NCBI GenBank assembly: GCA_026004395.1
Contig: BPJB01000001.1
Span: 161,370 to 225,369 of the forward strand
Origin: Patescibacteria group bacterium
GTDB taxonomy: Bacteria; Patescibacteriota; Microgenomatia; Levybacterales; UBA12049
Direction: 5' to 3'
DNA: 64,000 nt
Positions 58,757-64,000 of the stretch are shown here, piece by piece. The notes under the pieces are model-generated. The model made no database searches, had not been told where the DNA came from, and was given only the letters and a program-made list of their open reading frames with translations. Numbering within the stretch: position 1 is the first letter of the stretch; the number at the start of each line of letters is the position of its first letter. Position numbers and translations under genes: made by a program.

Positions 58757-61070
58757 TAGTCTTTACAATAATAGTGATATTTTCTTTGGAACGAGGAAGA
58801 ATTTTGGATATCAATGGAATATTGGGTGACAATGTGATTTGTATATTCTTGATTTGAGGAATTGTCGTCTTAAGATATGCTTGTGCGTCATCAACAGATT
58901 TTCCTGTAAGGTTTTGAGTTATGAGTGAAGTATTCATTTTGGGTAAAAGATTGGCATGCATAATGAGAGTTGCCTGAACAGCGTCTTTTTCTTTTTTAAT
59001 ATCTTCAAGTTTTGCCTCAACTCCTTTGGAAGAGAGTGCAAGATCTTCGGAATATTTTCCCTTCAGAGCAACTTCTGCTAACTGTTGTATATCAGAGGTG
59101 TTATAAACAAGAGTTGTAAAGACAACTGTTCCTTTTAATGTCACTTTTTTAGTTTCTTCTCCAACATCTTTATCAAAAGATTTTTTAGTTAAGGTGATTG
59201 AGGTAAAGGCTGGAATGGCCTCTTGTCCACTGCGCAATTTAGCAGTAACTGCATTTTTTGCTTTCTCTTCAAGCGTTTGAGGAAGATTGGTAACTAAAAA
59301 ATTAATATCTTTTTGGGAGACTACGGTTATCTCTTTTTTTGATCCTCCTTGAAAAGCAGAATCATTTTTAGCAATAACCATTGTTTGAGGCTCGTTAGCG
59401 ACCTGAAACTTAGTTCCTGAAGGGAGATTATATTCTTTACCAATATCTTTTGCAGTGACTCCTACTTTGGCAGTACTTGATTTTATTTGACTTGCATCTC
59501 CTGAAGCAGAAGCAACAGTCACAGCTTCATCTAAAAGAAAAATTAAGTCATTTGAGGAGGTCAGAGTTGTGCCTTTAGGAAGAGAAATGCTTTTACTTAT
59601 ATTACTATTGTAGATTGTTACAGTACCTTTTGCTTTTTCTCCCACCTCTTTTTTGCCGGTTGCATCTGTTGTTAATGATCCTTCTAAAGATACCTCAATT
59701 TCTTTTGCAGAGAGAATTAATTGGGAAAAATCATTGGGAGAGCCGCTGCGTATGGTAATCTCTGCTTTCTCTTCAATTTCTTTCGGCTCTATCTCAAGTA
59801 ATACTTGCGCTTTTAATGAGGAGATATAAACAACCACACCACTAATCAAGAGAAGGAGAATTATTGTTAAGATAATGATCCCTTTGCTTCTTTTAAAGAT
59901 TATCAAAGTGTTTATACTCCATTGCCATAATGATGAAAAGTTAATCCTAGAGAAAATACTTAAAGATAGTAAAGAAAAAAATGATCGCTTTTTCTCTGTT
60001 TTGCTTTTTGTTTCCCACGCCGTTTGAGAAGATAGAGCAGTATTTTGTTGAGAATTATTGATAGTAAATTTGGGAGAATTTCTTTCTTGCATAGATAATT
60101 TTTCATGAGGAGAAGATATCTTGGAAATATCATCATCTATAACAAATCCGAAGTTATCTGCTGTGTAGAGGTTTTTATCTGAAGTATGCTTTTGTTTTGT
60201 AGAAAATGTGGATTCATCTGTTGATTCAATGGACTCTGTTTCATCTTCTCTCTCGTTTTCCAATGTATTATCAGTTGCTCTAGTTTCTTTTGAAAACTCA
60301 GTTTTAGTATCTTCGATTAGTGCCATTCCCATTTGTTCAGCAGCACCAACAACAATTGATTCTTGGTCAAATCCTTTTGGCAGAGTAGAAATTTGTGGAA
60401 CGTGTAAAAATGGGATACTTTTACTCCACTGAAAACTCATGAATTCCTGAAGCAAAGAGTCATTGTCCTCTACACCAAGAAGAATTATCCGTGAAGGGAG
60501 AACATCAACTGTAAAATGATGTAAAAGTATATCTACTGTTTTGGTAATTTCATCTTTGATTTCACTAGTATGCTGTTCAAGTATTCTTCCTGCTCTAAAC
60601 AGTGTGAGTGTGACCTGTTTTTTACCAATTTCTGCAAGAATTCCTGAGAGAGGAGCACCTTCTTCTTTTTGAAGAAGATTGGCAATTGCTTCGCTTATGA
60701 CGATAAAACCGATCGGGGATAGTGATAATGACTCACAAATTTTTTTAAGTTTGGTTAAATACTCTTTTTTTATTTTTTTTCCCTCTACCCAGCTATTTTT
60801 CACGCCAAAGATTGTTTTTTCAGTTTCGATATCCGCTGCTATAGTTTCTTCAGCAGTGCTTATTGCTTTATCAAGTGTTTCTAATAATTCTTCTTCCGAT
60901 AGATCTTCAAGAGTAGTAGATAGAACTTCTTCACCTTTTCCTACTATAGAGATTTTACCTTCTTTGGCTTGAAGGATCACAGCCACAATTTTCTCATCCT
61001 TTAACAGTAAGGTTAAATAATAATCTGAGTTATCTTTTTTTTTGAATAGACTAGGCAAGGGCAGTTTCAT
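58749..61070 (-). CDS. Membrane protein with N-terminal FtsA/PilM-like region, TM and C-terminal baseplate-J-like domain
   Basis: AEIGKKQVTLTLF (actin-like); KAKGTVTIYN..LPKGT..F...VTA...G..YN...GG (baseplate J-like). Confidence 0.6.
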   Translation of the reverse strand: MKLPLPSLFKKKDNSDYYLTLLLKDEKIVAVILQAKEGKISIVGKGEEVLSTTLEDLSEEELLETLDKAISTAEETIAADIETEKTIFGVKNSWVEGKKIKKEYLTKLKKICESLSLSPIGFIVISEAIANLLQKEEGAPLSGILAEIGKKQVTLTLFRAGRILEQHTSEIKDEITKTVDILLHHFTVDVLPSRIILLGVEDNDSLLQEFMSFQWSKSIPFLHVPQISTLPKGFDQESIVVGAAEQMGMALIEDTKTEFSKETRATDNTLENEREDETESIESTDESTFSTKQKHTSDKNLYTADNFGFVIDDDISKISSPHEKLSMQERNSPKFTINNSQQNTALSSQTAWETKSKTEKKRSFFSLLSLSIFSRINFSSLWQWSINTLIIFKRSKGIIILTIILLLLISGVVVYISSLKAQVLLEIEPKEIEEKAEITIRSGSPNDFSQLILSAKEIEVSLEGSLTTDATGKKEVGEKAKGTVTIYNSNISKSISLPKGTTLTSSNDLIFLLDEAVTVASASGDASQIKSSTAKVGVTAKDIGKEYNLPSGTKFQVANEPQTMVIAKNDSAFQGGSKKEITVVSQKDINFLVTNLPQTLEEKAKNAVTAKLRSGQEAIPAFTSITLTKKSFDKDVGEETKKVTLKGTVVFTTLVYNTSDIQQLAEVALKGKYSEDLALSSKGVEAKLEDIKKEKDAVQATLIMHANLLPKMNTSLITQNLTGKSVDDAQAYLKTTIPQIKNIQITLSPNIPLISKILPRSKENITIIVKTND

Positions 61071-61079
61071 ATAGACTTT

Positions 61080-62987
61080 TTATGAGTTGTTATTACGTTG
61101 ATCGTTGTTGACAATCGCATAAATACGCTTCTGATTTTTTCCTAAATTCTCTTGTTTAATTATCTTAAATGATTTTAGCACGCCTGTAAATTCTACATGA
61201 GGTCCACCGCAAAACTCTATGGAATAAGCATTTTTATAGGATTTTGATGTATCTCCAATAAAGTAGATTTTCGATTTTTCTCCATAGGTGTCCATAAAAA
61301 GCCCTATAGCACCCATTTTATATGCTTCTTCTGTCGGAATAAGCTCATAATGTACTGGTAGATTCTCTTTTATCTTTTGATTAACTATATTTTCCACTTG
61401 TCGTAATTCTTCATCTGTGAGTTTTCTGTCAAAATTAAAATCAAAGCGAATTCTTTCACTTGTTATATTGGAACCTGTTTGGTGAACATGCTTGCCAAGT
61501 ACATCCCGAAGAGCTTGATGGAGAAGATGAGTTGCGGTATGTCCCATGATGGTTTTTTCTGAGTGATCAGCTAGACCTCCTCTAAACATTCCAGCAGATG
61601 CTGTTCGAGAAAGTTCACGATGTTTTTGCAGAGCTTCATCAAATTTCTTTCTGTCTATTGTTTTATGATGTTCTTTTGCAAGTTCCTCAATAAGTTCGAT
61701 AGGGAATCCGTGTGTTTGGTAGAGGTCAAAAGCGACTTCATCTAAGCGATGAATATTTTTTTCAAATTCTTGAAGACCTTTTTTTAGCGTTTTACTAAAT
61801 TTCTCTATTTCTTCTTTTATAACTGTTGAAATTAGTTCGTGATGTTTCTTGATACTTAATTTTTCATCGAGGGTTTCTTCTAGTCGTAGGACTACAGAGG
61901 CAACTTCTGTAAGCTTTGTGATTTGTTCTTCGCCTGCGATTTGATACATCTTTACAGCAGCACGTCGCAAAAGACGACGCAAGACGTATCCTTGTGCTTT
62001 GTTTGAAGGTATTACGCCGTCAACAATCAGAAATGTTGCAGCTTTTATATGATCAGCAATAATGCGCATTGGAGGTTGATATTTTTTATCCTCATAAGAT
62101 TTATAAGAGATGTCCGCAATTTTTGTAATAATTTCTTTATATAGGTCTGTTAGGAAAATATCCGGATTATCATTGAGAGCCGCTGCTAATCTTTCTAATC
62201 CACCTCCAAAATCCACGTTTTTTTGAGGTAACTCTTTAAATGAACCGTCAGCTTGTTTTTGATATTGCATAAAGACTGAATTACCAATCTCCAAAAATCT
62301 TCCACAATCACAATTAGGATGACATTCTTTGCCAAATGATACATCATGAGGTGTCCCAAAATCATAGAAAACTTCTGAGTCAGGTCCTCCTGGCTCTCCC
62401 ACTGGCATTTTATCAGGAGTACCAGCTCTACTCCACCAGTTTTTTGTTTCATCATAAGCAAAAATTCTCCCTCCACGCATTCCTATCTGATATGCATTTT
62501 CTTGACTACCCAGTTCTACAAATTTGGCAGAGATACCTTTTTCTTGAAAAAGTTGCGTCCATATGGCAATACTTTCAGTATCCTTGGGGATATATTCATT
62601 GCCTGAAAAAACTGTCACATAGAGTTTCCGTGGGTCAAGACCAAGACCAACATCTTTGTCTGTTAAAAAAGTGAAAAACCAGTTGAGTTGTTCACTTTTA
62701 AAGTAATCACCAAGACTCCAATTACCTAGCATTCTAAAAAAAGTTGTATGTCTATTGTCTCCAACTTCATCAATATCTTGAGATCTTAGGCAGTTTTGCA
62801 CATTGACTAGACGTTTTCCTGATGGATGTTCTTCTCCCAACAAATAAGGAAGTAGTGCCTGCATTCCTGAGCTTGTAAATAGCGTTGTTGGATCATTAAT
62901 TAGAACAAGTGGCGCATTAGCAATTCTTTTATGATCTCGTTTTTCAAAAAAAGTAATATAACGATTAAGTATTTCGCGTGCTTTCAT
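61080..62987 (-). CDS. alaS: Alanine--tRNA ligase (truncated, no C-Ala domain)
   Basis: DPTTLFT..GMQ, HTTFF.MLGN, GPDSE, DFGGGLER, HTATHLLH, EFCGGPH. Confidence 0.95.
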   Translation of the reverse strand: MKAREILNRYITFFEKRDHKRIANAPLVLINDPTTLFTSSGMQALLPYLLGEEHPSGKRLVNVQNCLRSQDIDEVGDNRHTTFFRMLGNWSLGDYFKSEQLNWFFTFLTDKDVGLGLDPRKLYVTVFSGNEYIPKDTESIAIWTQLFQEKGISAKFVELGSQENAYQIGMRGGRIFAYDETKNWWSRAGTPDKMPVGEPGGPDSEVFYDFGTPHDVSFGKECHPNCDCGRFLEIGNSVFMQYQKQADGSFKELPQKNVDFGGGLERLAAALNDNPDIFLTDLYKEIITKIADISYKSYEDKKYQPPMRIIADHIKAATFLIVDGVIPSNKAQGYVLRRLLRRAAVKMYQIAGEEQITKLTEVASVVLRLEETLDEKLSIKKHHELISTVIKEEIEKFSKTLKKGLQEFEKNIHRLDEVAFDLYQTHGFPIELIEELAKEHHKTIDRKKFDEALQKHRELSRTASAGMFRGGLADHSEKTIMGHTATHLLHQALRDVLGKHVHQTGSNITSERIRFDFNFDRKLTDEELRQVENIVNQKIKENLPVHYELIPTEEAYKMGAIGLFMDTYGEKSKIYFIGDTSKSYKNAYSIEFCGGPHVEFTGVLKSFKIIKQENLGKNQKRIYAIVNNDQRNNNS

Positions 62988-63214
62988 GCTCTTATTATAT
63001 CATGAGCTTAGATATTGCCATTTTTTATGTTTTCAAGATTGAAAAGATCTGACGTTTTTTTACATAATTGGATTGGTTGCAAGAGGAAGATTATTACTCT
63101 GGTTAATTTTTTCTATAATGATTATTATAATAAAAAATAAGACAAATAAGACGTGTAGCTCGTAATCAAAATAAGTCTCAAGATATCGGATAACAGATGA
63201 ATTTAAAAAAGGTA

Positions 63215-63245
63215 TTGACATACTCAATGAGTATATGCTATACAT
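63215..63245 (+). promoter_or_regulatory. Likely rpoB promoter with a palindromic spacer
   Basis: TTGACA at 63215-20, palindrome ATACTCA-A-TGAGTAT, TGnTATACA-like -10. Confidence 0.5.
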
Positions 63246-63336
63246 AGTGGCATAGATATCCCTAAGATGCAAGGGTTAGATCCCTTTGCGTCTTTTGTCG
63301 TTTATTTAAATATCTGCCCTAGATTTAATAAAACCG

Positions 63337-64000
63337 ATGCCAAAGTCAAAATCAGACAACAATTCAATTATTCGTCATAACTGGGGTAAACATTACTCAT
63401 CTTTACCAAAATTAGATTTGCTCGCTCTTCAAAAGACTTCCTATAAAAATTTTCTTGATAATCAAATTGGACAAATTCTTCAAGAGGTCTCTCCTATAGA
63501 TGATTTCACGGGGAAGAATTGGAGTCTAACCTTTGGTGAATATAGAATTGGAGAACCATCTAATACCCCTGAGAACGCCTTCTTAAAAGGACTTACTTAT
63601 GATGCTCCTCTTTATGTGAAGGTTAGATTGACAAATTTGAGAACTAACACAACTCACGATGCTGAAGTGTTTTTAGGGGATATTCCTCAAATGACTCAGC
63701 AAGGCACGTTTATTATCAACGGTATTGAACGAGCAGTTGTGAGTCAAATAGTTCGTTCTCCGGGTGTTTTCTTTACTGCATCCCAAGATCCTGCAACAGG
63801 AAAGACATTGTACTCTGCTGAGATTAGACCATCACATGGATCTTGGCTTGAGTTTTCAACAACACGTTATGGAACAATCACGGTTAAGATTGATAGGCGT
63901 CGAAAATTCTTAGCAACGACCTTCCTTCGAGCTATTGGTATCTCCTCCAATGACTCAATAAAAGAAAGGTTTGCAGATCTGGAAGAAACAGAGAATGGAT
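63337..64000 (+). CDS. rpoB: RNA polymerase beta subunit (5' part; runs off the window end)
   Basis: Manual translation: Q..SY..FL, EVSPIDDF, GLTYDAPL, VFLGDIPQMT..GTFIINGIERAVVSQIVRSPG, HGSWLEF. Confidence 0.97.
   Translation, partial: MPKSKSDNNSIIRHNWGKHYSSLPKLDLLALQKTSYKNFLDNQIGQILQEVSPIDDFTGKNWSLTFGEYRIGEPSNTPENAFLKGLTYDAPLYVKVRLTNLRTNTTHDAEVFLGDIPQMTQQGTFIINGIERAVVSQIVRSPGVFFTASQDPATGKTLYSAEIRPSHGSWLEFSTTRYGTITVKIDRRRKFLATTFLRAIGISSNDSIKERFADLEETENG

Noticed and set aside
58749-61070. Prophage
   Set aside because: Only one baseplate-like domain; no other phage genes
4265-62674. Many 60-180 aa ORFs antisense to or nested in long genes (e.g. 8354-8821, 36134-36616, 42630-43166, 52896-53318)
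   Set aside because: Shadow ORFs of well-supported genes, with no motifs
63060-63272. 70-aa minus-strand ORF
   Set aside because: Low complexity, overlaps the putative rpoB promoter; probably spurious

Overview
AT-rich, gene-dense bacterial chromosome segment. It uses the standard genetic code (TGA ends several well-supported genes). Gene content suggests Patescibacteria/CPR, probably Microgenomates-like; this is an inference from the class I LysRS, short IF2, protease-less Lon, T4SS-pilin-like gene, baseplate-J membrane protein and few Shine-Dalgarno sites. Most of the window is housekeeping: uvrD/pcrA (partial), rmuC, tsaD, greA, murB, lysS, a surface-glycan block, tatD, metG, CIRCE-hrcA-grpE-dnaK-dnaJ, nusA-infB-rpsO-pnp, rnj, ftsK, mltG, an AMP phosphorylase, a sortase, alaS and rpoB (partial). 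Two regions stand out. (1) 11.7-14.5 kb: a strong sigma70 promoter, a 15-codon Thr/Lys leader peptide and a 1:2 / 2:3 / 3:4 attenuator precede three unusual genes (a putative class-I-aaRS-like/HUP protein, a divergent DapF-fold epimerase and an orphan), directly upstream of lysS. (2) 29.5-42 kb: a VirB2-like pilin, a 1808-aa VirB6-like membrane protein with three ~460-aa tandem modules, two Clp/Hsp100 AAA+ paralogues (one membrane-anchored with a degenerate first ATPase site), a small membrane protein and a vWA protein. I saw no rRNA, tRNA, CRISPR array or transposase. All family calls come from motif recognition by eye, not from database searches.
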